Notes: generated by a model from the sequence alone, not told the origin. 64,000 bases of DNA from Terriglobia bacterium (GCA_963777595.1 CAVZRE010000010.1:174772-238771), one strand, 5' to 3'; counted from the first letter of the stretch, positions 46,327 to 55,833 are shown. Numbers and translations: made by a program.

Positions 46327-47028
46327 CTATCGCGGCGGCCGCGGACCACGTGGGGGCCCGCCGCGGCGATCTCCACGCCGGTCTCCGCCGCGTCCGCCCC
46401 TGTCCCGATCTCCGCGCGGTGGACCGCCGGCCCGCATTCCGCCGCCATGTCCGCCATAACTTCCGCTGGGACCCTGCCGATGATCACGATAAGCTTCGGG
46501 CCCCGGTTTGGGAGGCTCGGGCAGGCTCGCCATGGATGCCGGATAGACGATTACATGCCGCTGCGGTCCCCACCCCAGGCTTTCACTCCGTACCGCCGCA
46601 TCATTGCGCAGCGCGATATGGATAACCCGGCGTTCCCGGCTGTTCATCGGATTGAACTCGAAATATTGCCCGGTTCTATGAACCTTTTCGGCTGCCGCGA
46701 GAGCGCTCATCCGGAGCTCCTCGATGCGCAGCATCCGGTAGTCGTTGGCGTCGAAGGACAGCCGGCTGTGATCTTCCGACGGAATCGCCAGCGCCTCCAT
46801 TGTCACGTGCTCTAACGCCAGCAGGAGTTCGGCCCGGTTGGCGAGCAGGATATCCACATCCCCTCCGCTGAACCGCACAATCACTTCAGGATTCTCGATC
46901 TCCGGATCCGGAGATGCGCCCGCCGCAATCTCGAATTGCAGGTTGAACCCTCCGTTCTTCAGCACAGGCCGCAGGAACTGATCGATCTTGGGTCCGGTCT
47001 CAGAAAGGGTGTACTTAGCTTCGCTCAA
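46327..47028 (-). CDS. jag: Jag/KhpB-type RNA-binding protein (KH + R3H) with Arg/Gly-rich C-terminal tail
   Basis: Conserved position after yidC. R3H-type FEFNPMNSRERRVIHIALRN. The C-terminus is GGHGGGMRAGGPPRGDRDRGGRGGDRRGDRRGGPPRGPRPPR. The TTG start lies 3 nt after the yidC stop. Confidence 0.8.
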   Translation of the reverse strand: MSEAKYTLSETGPKIDQFLRPVLKNGGFNLQFEIAAGASPDPEIENPEVIVRFSGGDVDILLANRAELLLALEHVTMEALAIPSEDHSRLSFDANDYRMLRIEELRMSALAAAEKVHRTGQYFEFNPMNSRERRVIHIALRNDAAVRSESLGWGPQRHVIVYPASMASLPEPPKPGPEAYRDHRQGPSGSYGGHGGGMRAGGPPRGDRDRGGRGGDRRGDRRGGPPRGPRPPR

Positions 47029-47031
47029 CGG

Positions 47032-48796
47032 CTATTTCCTGTTGTTTTTCTTAGTCACGACTGCAGGGACCGGTGCGTCCGGCTTGGGCATTGCCTTATT
47101 CAATAACCACTGCTGCGCAATCCCCACCAAATTACCAGTGAGCCAGTATAACACCAGCCCGCTCGAAGCCTGATAGAAGATGAAGCCCATCATCAGCGGC
47201 ATCAGCATCATGGTCTTTTGCTGGCTGGGATCGACCGTAGTCATCGGAGTCATCTTCTGCATAATGAAACCGGTGATGACCAGGACAATCGGCAGAATGC
47301 GGATGGCGATCTGCTCGGGCTGGGAAAGATCGCTCACCCATAGCCAGCTCGCGCCCGCGAAGCGCAATCGAAACGGCCAGCACTTTATAGAAAGCGAACA
47401 GGAAGGGCATCTGAATCAGCATCGGGATGCAGCCCGACATCGGGTTGGTCCCGGCCTTCGAATACAGCGCCATCATCTCGGCATTTTTGTCCGCCTGCTT
47501 GGGATCGCGCATCGGCAGCGTTCTTATACTTCTCGTTGATCTTGGCGATCTCCGGCTGCAGCGACTGCATCTTGCGCATGGACTTCAGGTTGGCCAGCTT
47601 CAGCGGGAAGAGGAATAGGTTAATGATCACCGTCGCCGCGATAATCGACCAGCCGTAATTGTGGAACCAGTTATTGTTCATCCAATGCAGCGATATGAAA
47701 CAGCGGTTTGGCGATAATGGCGAACCAGCCGAAATCGACGATGGATTCCAGCTTTGGGATTCAGCTTGCGGAGGGTCTCCGGATCCTTGGGGCCAAGGTA
47801 AAGCGAAAGGCGATTCTCGCCATCGCCTCCCACCGCCAATCCGACAAAGGCTTCTTCGCTGTTGTTAAACGGCGTTTTCGACCTGGTCGTCGAAGATAGT
47901 GGTCTGCAGCGATGGCGTTGCCCGCGGGCAGAAACACCGCGGCAAAATACTGATCCTCCACGCCGACCCATGCGAAAGTGCCGTCCTTCGTCAGCGGACC
48001 GTTTTTGGCGGCTTTCGCATTTCTCGCGATCGATCTTATCCGATGCGCTGTCGTAATAAACTTCGTTCTCCTGCGAAGCTGCGTTGGGCACCGCCATATC
48101 GCCGAAACCACCTCGCCACGCCAGTAGGTGAGGCAGCGGTTGGCCGTTCACCGCCACCGCGGAATCCACCTGAAGAAGATAACTGTCGCGTTGAAATGTG
48201 AATGACTTGCGGGCCGTGACGCCGCCGTTTGTGTATTCGAATGTGACGCCGAGCCCGTCCGGCGATTGCGTCGCCTTGTACAAGGCCTGGTTGAGATCGA
48301 CCGGCGGCTTCGCGTTGCGGAACTGGTACTCGAAAGGATAACCGGCCTTCTGCACGGCCGCGGTATTCACCACATCGAGAGGCTTGCCCGCATGGTCGGG
48401 AAATTTCTTAAGCGTCCAACTCTTCGCCACCCCTCCCCGATTGGAGAAGACCACGCGATACAGATCCGTGTCCAAAGTGACCGCTTCTTCGGAAGACGCC
48501 ATGATCGATCCGGCGCTCGCCGCGACAGGTTCGGCGACTGCCTGGTGCTGAATCCCGGAACTGCCCGCCAGCGGTGTCCTGGCTGCAGCAGGAGTTGGAG
48601 CAGGCGATGCCGGCGTCACGGCGGGATTCTGCGGCGCGGTCGCGGGCTGCTCCGTCTTTTCCGGTACCTTGATGCCGACGGCTTTGTAAAAGTAGGGCGT
48701 GCCGAAGATAACCAGACCCGTCAGTGCGAATGCCAGCAGCATGCGCATGCTGATCGCCGGGTCTTTCGAATCGGGCTTGTTGGGTTCAGTACTCAT
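47032..48796 (-). pseudogene. yidC: Membrane protein insertase YidC, interrupted by seven +1 frameshifts as sequenced
   Basis: YidC-like peptide is spread over ORFs 47678..48802, 47761..48111, 47385..47681, 47132..47512 and 47032..47367, plus two unlisted pieces (LQTTIFDDQVENAV; KLESIVDFGWFAIIAKPLFHI). Synteny is yidD-yidC-jag. See the first finding for junctions. Confidence 0.85.
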
Positions 48797-48798
48797 TT

Positions 48799-49077
48799 TC
48801 AATATGTCTGGCGGAGGTTCTCATTAGAGGTACGGCTGGCGGGGTGGTGGGGTTCAGGCCGCGCCCGCTCGGGTACCGGATCCAAACCGCCTTTATGGAG
48901 GGGATGACACTTACCAAGACGCTTCGTTCCCAACCAGAGTCCTTTCAATACCCCATGCAACTCAATAGCCTGTCGCATGTACTCCGAGCAGGTGGGATGA
49001 AAGCGGCACGCCGACGGCAGCCAGGGGGAGATCAGGATTTTGTAGCCGCGGAGCGCTGCGACACAGACTGATTGCAT
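48799..49077 (-). CDS. yidD: Membrane protein insertion efficiency factor YidD
   Basis: Start at Met 49077. [31 protein letters not shown] is the YidD signature. It overlaps the rnpA 3' end by 46 nt, and its stop is adjacent to the yidC start. Confidence 0.85.
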   Translation of the reverse strand: MQSVCVAALRGYKILISPWLPSACRFHPTCSEYMRQAIELHGVLKGLWLGTKRLGKCHPLHKGGLDPVPERARPEPHHPASRTSNENLRQTY

Positions 49078-49376
49078 CGCCGAAAGAGCTTCTCGATCTC
49101 CCGTTCCAGATCCTGAAATGGACATTGGGCCAGGGGCCGGCGCGGATTGATGACGATATCCCACGGTGCAATCAGTTCCGCAAACCGCAGGCGCACAACT
49201 TCGCGGACCCGTCGCTTGAGTCGATTGCGAAAAACTGATTTGCCAACCGCTCTTGGCGTCGTAAAGCCAAAACGCGGACACGCACCGCTTCCCGCCAGGC
49301 AGAACGCCGCGAACAACGGTCCGCTGTGACGGAAACCGTTGTCGTAAACTTTGCGGAATTCGCTGGGTCGTAGCAG
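49032..49376 (-). CDS. rnpA: Ribonuclease P protein component
   Basis: The conserved N-terminal motif [20 protein letters not shown] lies upstream of the first canonical start (TTG 49316) in the same frame. The 5' end given here (CTG 49376) is a guess. The body reads ...[23 protein letters not shown]. Confidence 0.7.
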   Translation of the reverse strand: MLRPSEFRKVYDNGFRHSGPLFAAFCLAGSGACPRFGFTTPRAVGKSVFRNRLKRRVREVVRLRFAELIAPWDIVINPRRPLAQCPFQDLEREIEKLFRRCNQSVSQRSAATKS

Positions 49377-49408
49377 CCGGACACGCTTTGGAAAGCCTGC
49401 GATTCTGG

Positions 49409-49558
49409 TTAACCTTCGGAGCTGACGGAGAGCTTCACGCGCCCCCGTGCTCTGCGGCGCGAGATCACCGCACGGCCATCGGCGGTCTTCATGCGGGTCC
49501 GAAAACCGTGGGTTTTCACGCGATGGCGGTTATTCGGCTGAAATGTACGTTTAGGCAT
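49409..49558 (-). CDS. rpmH: 50S ribosomal protein L34
   Basis: [45 protein letters not shown], 49 aa, a textbook L34. Confidence 0.95.
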   Translation of the reverse strand: MPKRTFQPNNRHRVKTHGFRTRMKTADGRAVISRRRARGRVKLSVSSEG

Positions 49559-49602
49559 TGTCTTGGAAAGTATTATTGTAACGCAAATCGGATTTCGCGT
49601 GG

Positions 49603-49643
49603 GGATCCAGGTAGAGTAGGCCTTTGGCCTGCGATCCATTTTT
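49603..49643. repeat. Copy B of the conserved hairpin element (25-nt exact core shared with 46221..46245)
   Basis: Core at 49609..49633, identical to copy A. It is flanked by GGATC(C) (49603..49608) and GATCC (49633..49637), then ATTTTT. It lies 50 nt upstream of the rpmH ATG. Confidence 0.85.
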
Positions 49644-49816
49644 CGCAACGAGGTCGGAGCCTTCTCAACTTCAGTTTCAACCCCTCTCAATCGCCCAATA
49701 ATCTGAATTTAGCGGCGACTATGGACATCTCCCTACGTTCTCTTTTGTATGCGAAACACCAGTTTCGTTAAAAATCTCACCTCTTCCGCGCTTCGGAGTC
49801 AGATAGAATTGGCGTA

Positions 49817-52060
49817 TTGAAAGATTCGGCGGAATCTCGCTCTAATCTGAAGCGCTACGGCTTGGCGGTGCTGTTCGTCGCACTGGCTGCCGGGATTCGT
49901 TATGCGCTCACTCCGATCGTCGGCTCCATCACGCCTTTTCTTTTCTTTACCCTCGCGCAGGTCGCGGCGGCTTTATTCGCCGGACGAGGTCCCGGACTTC
50001 TCGCCGTAATCCTCGGCACGGCGATCGGTTTCTATCTCTTCCTACAACCGGGTGGCCGCTTATCGGGAGCCGCGGAAGCTTATTACGTCGTTCTGAATGT
50101 ACTGGTGGCAATTAGCCTGATCTGGATGGCCGACGTGATGCATCGCAGCCGCAACCAGGCCCGGCGCAGTGCTGCGGAAGCCCGCTCCGCTCACCAGCGT
50201 GTGTCTGACCTGCTCGCACGCATTGGAGACGCTTTTCTCTCTTTCGACCTCGAATGGCGCTGCCTCTACGCCAACCAACGCGCTTCCACCATGTCTGGAA
50301 AGCAGCCCGAAGAGATGATCGGTCAGACTTTTCGTGCTCTCCTGCCCGGCATCTTTACCGCCTCTCGCGCACCCCTTCTGCAGAACGCCCTCGAAAGGAA
50401 GGACTTCATCGCCCTCGACGGGTTGGTTGAACCCGAAGGCATCTGGTTCGAATTGAGCGCCTATCCTGGAACCGAGTCCGTGTCGGTGTTCATCCGTGAC
50501 GTTACTGAAAAGAAGCGCGCGGCAATCGCCATAGCGCGCAGCGAAGAACAATTCCGTCGAATTTTCGACGAGAGCCCGGTCGGCATGATCATCATCGGCA
50601 TGGATGCCAAAATTATCCGCGTCAATAATGCCATGTGCCGGATGCTCGAATACTCCGAAGAGGAATTAATTAATCGCACCATCACCGAAATAACGCCCGG
50701 CGAAGACCTGGAATCGTCGGGCTTCTATTCGCGCACCCAGCAGATGCTCATCACCGGACGCACCGACCACCTGCAGATGGAGAAACGCTACGTCACCAAA
50801 TCCGGTAAGGTGGTCTGGACAAATTTGAATGCGTCCATTCTCCGCGAGGGCGTGGACCGCTCGTACTTCCTCGGCATCGTCGAAAATATCACCGAGCGTA
50901 AGCAGGTGGAAGAGCAGTTGCGAGAATCCCAGAAACTCGAAAGCCTGGGCGTGCTGGCCGGCGGTATCGCCCACGACTTTAATAACCTGTTGACCGGTAT
51001 CCTTGGCAACGCCAGCTTAAGTCTCGACATGACGCCCGCCAACAGCCCCATGCGGCCCCTGTTGAAACGCCTCGTCCAGGCCAGCGAACGCGCCGCTGAT
51101 TTGACCAGGCAGTTGCTGGCCTACGCCGGCAAAGGACGCTTCGTCTTGACCGTCATCAATCTCTCCAGTCTCGTCATGGAGATCAGCCGTTTGATGCGCG
51201 CCAGTTTTCCCGGCCACGTCGGCCTCGATCTGCAGCTCGCGCCCGATATGCCGGCCATTGAAGCCGATCCGGCCCAGATCCAGCAGATCATCATGAACCT
51301 GCTGCTCAATGCCGCCGAATCCGTTCCCTTGGATCGTGCCGGCGTAGTGCGCGTCCGCACCTACGCTCTCACCGCAACCGACGAGGACTTGCGCGGCACC
51401 CTTCCCAGTTCCCGTCCCCTGCCCGGACGCTATGCCGCGTTGGAGGTCATCGACAACGGCTGCGGTATAGATCCCGCTACTCAAGCCCGCATCTTCGAGC
51501 CCTTCTTCACCACTAAGTTCACCGGCCGCGGCCTCGGACTTTCCGCCGTACTCGGGATTGTGTCCAGTTATCATGGCGTTCTGCGGGTCGAGAGCCATGT
51601 GGGAACCGGCACGCGTTTTCTGGTGTTGCTGCCGGTCAGCGAAAAGGTCGTGGAAGTCCCCGTCCCCCATCTCCCCGAAGATCTGCACGGCTCCGGTACG
51701 ATTCTGGTCGTGGATGATGAGCCGTTGGTCCTCGCGCTCGCCCGTAGCGCATTGGAGCGCGCCGGCTACCATGTCTTCGCTGCCGGCAGCGGTTTGGAAG
51801 CCCTGGAGGTCCTGAATCGCAGCGCCAAAGATATCAATCTGGTAATTTTGGACGTGACCATGCCCGGGATGAGCGGCGAGGAGACCTTCAAGCGGATGAA
51901 AGCGATCCAACCCAATATTCCAGTGATCTTGTCGACCGGTCACAGCGAAATCGAAACGGCGAACCGCTTCGCCGGCTCGGGCCTCGCCGGCTTTCTTCAG
52001 AAACCCTACACAGCCTCACAACTGGCGGAGAAGATCAGATCGGCCATGCAGCCGCTCTGA
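49817..52060 (+). CDS. Hybrid sensor histidine kinase (membrane DUF4118-like N-terminus, 2 PAS, HisKA, HATPase_c, receiver)
   Basis: TTG start. N-terminal TM bundle, two PAS-like segments, H-box GIAHDFNNLL, N/G boxes (NLLLNAAES, DNGCGID, GRGLGLS) and a C-terminal receiver (ILVVDDEP...DVTMPGMSG...K). Confidence 0.85.
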   Translation: MKDSAESRSNLKRYGLAVLFVALAAGIRYALTPIVGSITPFLFFTLAQVAAALFAGRGPGLLAVILGTAIGFYLFLQPGGRLSGAAEAYYVVLNVLVAISLIWMADVMHRSRNQARRSAAEARSAHQRVSDLLARIGDAFLSFDLEWRCLYANQRASTMSGKQPEEMIGQTFRALLPGIFTASRAPLLQNALERKDFIALDGLVEPEGIWFELSAYPGTESVSVFIRDVTEKKRAAIAIARSEEQFRRIFDESPVGMIIIGMDAKIIRVNNAMCRMLEYSEEELINRTITEITPGEDLESSGFYSRTQQMLITGRTDHLQMEKRYVTKSGKVVWTNLNASILREGVDRSYFLGIVENITERKQVEEQLRESQKLESLGVLAGGIAHDFNNLLTGILGNASLSLDMTPANSPMRPLLKRLVQASERAADLTRQLLAYAGKGRFVLTVINLSSLVMEISRLMRASFPGHVGLDLQLAPDMPAIEADPAQIQQIIMNLLLNAAESVPLDRAGVVRVRTYALTATDEDLRGTLPSSRPLPGRYAALEVIDNGCGIDPATQARIFEPFFTTKFTGRGLGLSAVLGIVSSYHGVLRVESHVGTGTRFLVLLPVSEKVVEVPVPHLPEDLHGSGTILVVDDEPLVLALARSALERAGYHVFAAGSGLEALEVLNRSAKDINLVILDVTMPGMSGEETFKRMKAIQPNIPVILSTGHSEIETANRFAGSGLAGFLQKPYTASQLAEKIRSAMQPL

Positions 52061-52074
52061 CGCGTTCCCCCACT

Positions 52075-53097
52075 GTGCTGATCGCGGCCGACGCAACCTA
52101 TACGCTCGATCCCCATCCAACCGGCGTGGCCGTATATTCGAGCGAAGTGCTCAACGGCTTGGTGCGCGCCCATCCCGACGCCAGTTTTCTGTTCTGTTAT
52201 CGACCTCATCGTTTCTTAGCCAGTCTCGCGCAGCCATTCCAATCCACTGTGTGGCGATGGCCGCTTTTCGAACGCGGCCCGCGCCCTGGACCGCTTTTCC
52301 ATGGCTTGAACCAGCGTCTGCCGGCGCGGCGCTGGCCCTTGCAGATCGCCACCTTTCACGACCTCTTCGTGATGAGCCACGAATACAGCACGCCGGACTT
52401 TCGCGCCCGCTTCACGGCTCAGGCGCGGCATGCCGCCGCAACCGCGGATCGAATCATCGCTGTCTCCCGCTTCACCGCCCGTGAAGTGGAACGCCTCCTC
52501 CATGTCGATCCTCAGCGGATTCGCGTGATTCCCCACGGGGTCCATTTCCCATTGACCGTGAATGCCGGAAGAGACAACCTGGTTCTCTCGGTTGGGTCGA
52601 TTCAAAAGCGTAAGAACACCGCGCGTCTCGTCCGGGCATTCGCATCCATGCCGCCAGGTTGGCGTCTGGTGCTGGCCGGCGGGCGTGGCTACGGCGCTGA
52701 GGAGACTCTTCTCGAAATCGAAAACAGTCCTCGCCGCGAAGCAATCGAGCTCGCGGATCATGTCAGCCCCGCGCGTCTGGCGGACCTTTATCGGCGTGCC
52801 GCCATCTTTGCCTTTCCCTCGCTCGACGAAGGCTTCGGCATTCCGATTCTGGAAGCGATGGCCAACGGAGTGCCGGTCATCACCTCGAACCGTTCGGCAA
52901 TGCCGGAGGTCTGCGGAGATGCAGCGTTGCAAGTCGATCCGGAAAATGAACAAGAATTAGCCCAAGCCTTGCGTCACCTCGCCGCCGACGAACCCTTGCG
53001 CCAATCCCTCGCCGCTCTTGGCCGAACGCGGGCCCAAGAGTTCACCTGGGACAAAGCCGTATCAGCCACCTGGGCAGTGTATCGGGAACTGGTGTAA
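52075..53097 (+). CDS. Glycosyltransferase family 4 (GT-B, RfaG-like)
   Basis: C-terminal EGFGIPILEAMANGVPVITS (EX7E region). 340 aa, GTG start. Confidence 0.85.
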   Translation: MLIAADATYTLDPHPTGVAVYSSEVLNGLVRAHPDASFLFCYRPHRFLASLAQPFQSTVWRWPLFERGPRPGPLFHGLNQRLPARRWPLQIATFHDLFVMSHEYSTPDFRARFTAQARHAAATADRIIAVSRFTAREVERLLHVDPQRIRVIPHGVHFPLTVNAGRDNLVLSVGSIQKRKNTARLVRAFASMPPGWRLVLAGGRGYGAEETLLEIENSPRREAIELADHVSPARLADLYRRAAIFAFPSLDEGFGIPILEAMANGVPVITSNRSAMPEVCGDAALQVDPENEQELAQALRHLAADEPLRQSLAALGRTRAQEFTWDKAVSATWAVYRELV

Positions 53098-53148
53098 CCG
53101 TCATCCATCGTCAGTTGTCCCCTTGTACTCATCCTCGCTAAGCTGAAA

Positions 53149-53176
53149 CGGATAACGAATAACGGAAAACGGATAA
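53149..53176 (+). repeat. Degenerate heptanucleotide tandem repeat (CGGATAA-like x4) abutting the kinase start codon
   Basis: CGGATAA CGAATAA CGGAAAA CGGATAA, then CGATG (start codon). This is equivalent to a 13-nt exact direct repeat AAACGGATAACGA at 53146 and 53167, 21 nt apart. There is no canonical SD. Confidence 0.7.
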
Positions 53177-53178
53177 CG

Positions 53179-54108
53179 ATGAGTGTTTGTGTCTGCGGAA
53201 ATGTAGTTTTCGATGTCCTCGCCCGCCCGGTCGAGCAATTGCGCTGGGCGGCGACCACCTTGGTCGAATCCGTCACCCAGCAACTTGGTGGAAATGCCGG
53301 GAGCACCTCTTATACCCTAGCCAAGCTGGGCATCCCGACCTTTGTGGTAACGCTCGCCGGAAGGGATGCCGCAGCCGACACAGTCATTGCTCGTCTCCAG
53401 TCCGCCGGCGTCGACACTTCGCGGCTGATGCGTACCGCCGCGCCCACCTCAGTCGCCATCTCGCTCGTCAATCATGCCGGCGAACGAGCCTTGCTCTATC
53501 AACTCGGCGCCAGTGCGGAACCCTTTCCCCACTTCCCGATCTCCGGCGCGGATCATTTCCACCTGGCCGCCGTCTTTCGTATGACCCACCTGCGGACCGC
53601 CGCCCCGGAAGTCCTTCGCCAGGCCAAACAACTCGGCATGACGACCAGCGTCGACACCCAATGGGATACCGAAAACGAATGGATGAAGGTGCTCGCCCCC
53701 AGCTTGCCTTCCACCGATCTGTTGTTCGTGAACGAGGATGAAGCTCGCATGCTCACCGGCGCCGCCGAGATCGATGACGCCGCGCGTATGCTGCTTTCCG
53801 CCGGCGCCAAAACGGTTTGCGTCAAACTCGGGCCCCGCGGTTGCCATGTGTTCTCGCACCACGTCAGTTTCTCGTCCCCCGGATTCCCCGTGATTGCCGT
53901 CGATTCCACCGGCGCGGGCGACTGTTTTTCAGGAGCCTACATTGCGGCGCTGCAGCGCGGGCGTTCCCTTCGGCAAGCCGCGCAAATCGCTAACGCGGCA
54001 GGAGCATTATCGGTTCAACAACTCGGCGCGACTGCCGGAATTCTCGGCTGGGAAGAGACTCTGGCTTGGATCGAACACCAGCCCGGCGTGAATTTGCTTT
54101 CATGTTAA
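53179..54108 (+). CDS. PfkB/ribokinase-family carbohydrate kinase
   Basis: N-terminal GNVVFDV..., LGGNAGSTS, and C-terminal DSTGAGDCFSGAYIAAL (PfkB signature 2). Confidence 0.85.
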   Translation: MSVCVCGNVVFDVLARPVEQLRWAATTLVESVTQQLGGNAGSTSYTLAKLGIPTFVVTLAGRDAAADTVIARLQSAGVDTSRLMRTAAPTSVAISLVNHAGERALLYQLGASAEPFPHFPISGADHFHLAAVFRMTHLRTAAPEVLRQAKQLGMTTSVDTQWDTENEWMKVLAPSLPSTDLLFVNEDEARMLTGAAEIDDAARMLLSAGAKTVCVKLGPRGCHVFSHHVSFSSPGFPVIAVDSTGAGDCFSGAYIAALQRGRSLRQAAQIANAAGALSVQQLGATAGILGWEETLAWIEHQPGVNLLSC

Positions 54109-54169
54109 AGAGCCCTAACCTCGGTATCATACTCTTATGCCGGCTGCGTCTATCCGGCGTGGAGGATGT

Positions 54170-54610
54170 ATGAAAATGAATCGAATCGTAACGGGTTTAT
54201 TGATTGTTTGCGGCTCGCTCAGCCTGACAGGCGGAGCCTTTGCACAGGATTATGGACGGCCGGGCGCCTCCAATTTTCAAGGGGGTGGCTGGGATCGCGA
54301 CCGGATGATGCATGAGTATCGGACCGCCTTCTACGATCGGCTACAAATCGATCTGGATCGTGCCGAGCATGCTCGCTATCTCTCCGGTGGCGATTTCAAA
54401 CGCTTTGACAGGGCTCGCCATGAGGTCGGGGAGTTCGCTGCCAAGTGGTCCCGAGGGATCTTCGATCCGCACGAGATGGACAACGCCATCGCCTCGGTTC
54501 AGCGAGTGGCCGAAATCCCCTCGCTGCATCGCGAAGACCGTGACGCCTTGTTTCAGGACCTCGCTCGCATGCGCAGTTTCCGCGCGCATATGGAAGGCCG
54601 CCGCTACTAA
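54170..54610 (+). CDS. Hypothetical secreted protein
   Basis: MKMNRIVTGLLIVCGSLSLTGGAFAQ signal peptide. GGAGGA lies upstream, so ATG 54176 is equally possible. The mature part is charged and helical. No family recognised. Confidence 0.55.
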   Translation: MKMNRIVTGLLIVCGSLSLTGGAFAQDYGRPGASNFQGGGWDRDRMMHEYRTAFYDRLQIDLDRAEHARYLSGGDFKRFDRARHEVGEFAAKWSRGIFDPHEMDNAIASVQRVAEIPSLHREDRDALFQDLARMRSFRAHMEGRRY

Positions 54611-54629
54611 AAACAGCGTCGTTCGACAA

Positions 54630-54663
54630 CAGCCTCGCCGGCTGAACCAATCCGGCGAGGCTG
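54630..54663. terminator. Strong hairpin between convergent genes (putative bidirectional terminator)
   Basis: CAGCCTCGCCGG-10 nt-CCGGCGAGGCTG, a perfect 12-bp stem. No immediate T tract on either strand. Confidence 0.5.
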
Positions 54664-54676
54664 CGTCACTTGACTC

Positions 54677-55672
54677 TTACTGGACCTTCTTGGACCACGG
54701 TTTGGCCGACTTGATGGCTTCGTTGACAGCGTTGATATTCTTCACGCCTTCGGTTGCCAGCCAGTCTTCTAGAGCATGAACGCCCTTCTTGGCATATACC
54801 GGAATGCCTTCTTTCCACGTTGCGCGGCCGCACAGCACTCCTGAATAGTCGGTGCCCGATTCGGACGCCATGTTCAGCGACTCGATAAATTGCGCGTTGC
54901 TGACACCGGCGCTCAAATAGATAAACGGCTTCGACGCGACGGAAGCAGCCTTCCGGAACAGGTGCAAGGCCTCTTCCCGCGTGTACGCCTTCTGTCCCTT
55001 GTAAACGCTGCTTCCCTCCACATACTCCGCGTTGATCGGAACTTCCACCTTCAGGATGTCCACTTTGTATTGCGGCTTGGAAAACTCCATCATCGCGCCC
55101 ATGACGACGTCGGGCTTCTTCTTCGCGAATTCCAGCCCTTTTTCGTCTCCACCAGCCGGATCGTAGCCGACGAATTCCAGGAAGAACGGAATGTCGTTGT
55201 CCACGCACTCGGAACCAATGCGTTCGATAAAGGCATGCTTGATATCGTTGACGCCAGGTTCGTCGAAAGGCGAATAGTAGATCAGGATCTTGACCGCATC
55301 CGCGCCCATGTCCTTGATGCGTTTTGCCGAACAGTGAGGCAGCAGGTCAGGCAAGCGCCCAGGCTGAGTGTTGTCGTAACCGCTCTCTTCGTAAGCGAGT
55401 AGCAGGCCCGCGTTGGACGAACGCGCTTTTGCAGCGGGAAGTCCCCACTGAGGATCGAGGAGAATGGCGCTGGCATGCGGCGTCAGAACCTTTGACACCG
55501 CAATCTTGAACTCTTCCATCATCGCGTCTGGAATCTCTTTTTGCGGAACGCCCTTGGCAGAGGCGAGCGACTTCTGGAGGCTTCCACGCTGATCCATTGC
55601 CGCGGCGGCGATAACTCCGTCCTTATTGGACAGAGCTTGCATGTGCTTCAACTTACCGGCTGATAAACTCAT
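54677..55672 (-). CDS. lacD: Tagatose-1,6-bisphosphate aldolase (class I, LacD family)
   Basis: Aligns by eye along its length with staphylococcal LacD (ALSNKDGVIAAAAMDQRGSL; AILLDPQWGLPA; GLLLAYEESGYD; FIERIGSECVDNDIPFFLE; YIYLSAGVS; GVLCGRATW). Confidence 0.85.
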   Translation of the reverse strand: MSLSAGKLKHMQALSNKDGVIAAAAMDQRGSLQKSLASAKGVPQKEIPDAMMEEFKIAVSKVLTPHASAILLDPQWGLPAAKARSSNAGLLLAYEESGYDNTQPGRLPDLLPHCSAKRIKDMGADAVKILIYYSPFDEPGVNDIKHAFIERIGSECVDNDIPFFLEFVGYDPAGGDEKGLEFAKKKPDVVMGAMMEFSKPQYKVDILKVEVPINAEYVEGSSVYKGQKAYTREEALHLFRKAASVASKPFIYLSAGVSNAQFIESLNMASESGTDYSGVLCGRATWKEGIPVYAKKGVHALEDWLATEGVKNINAVNEAIKSAKPWSKKVQ

Positions 55673-55833
55673 AGGTTATTTCCGATTGGAAACCGTAATT
55701 ATCTCACGCCGGTCGACGCCGCTTCGCAAACTCCCGCAGCTGGCCGTGTAACGATTGACTTCGGTGTGGGCCTCTCTGACCATCCAGCCGCACGCCCGTA
55801 TGACACAAACGTCTTCTCGTCGTGCCCATCACC

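Noticed and set aside
47761-48111. ORFs 47761..48111, 47385..47681, 47132..47512 and 47032..47367 as separate small genes
   Set aside because: Each contains a contiguous piece of YidC sequence flanked by nonsense peptide. They are frame fragments of one disrupted yidC, not independent genes.
49559-49816. Possible chromosomal origin (oriC) next to rpmH
   Set aside because: I could not find TTATCCACA-type DnaA boxes or an AT-rich unwinding element, and dnaA/dnaN are not in the window. The neighbour is a histidine kinase.
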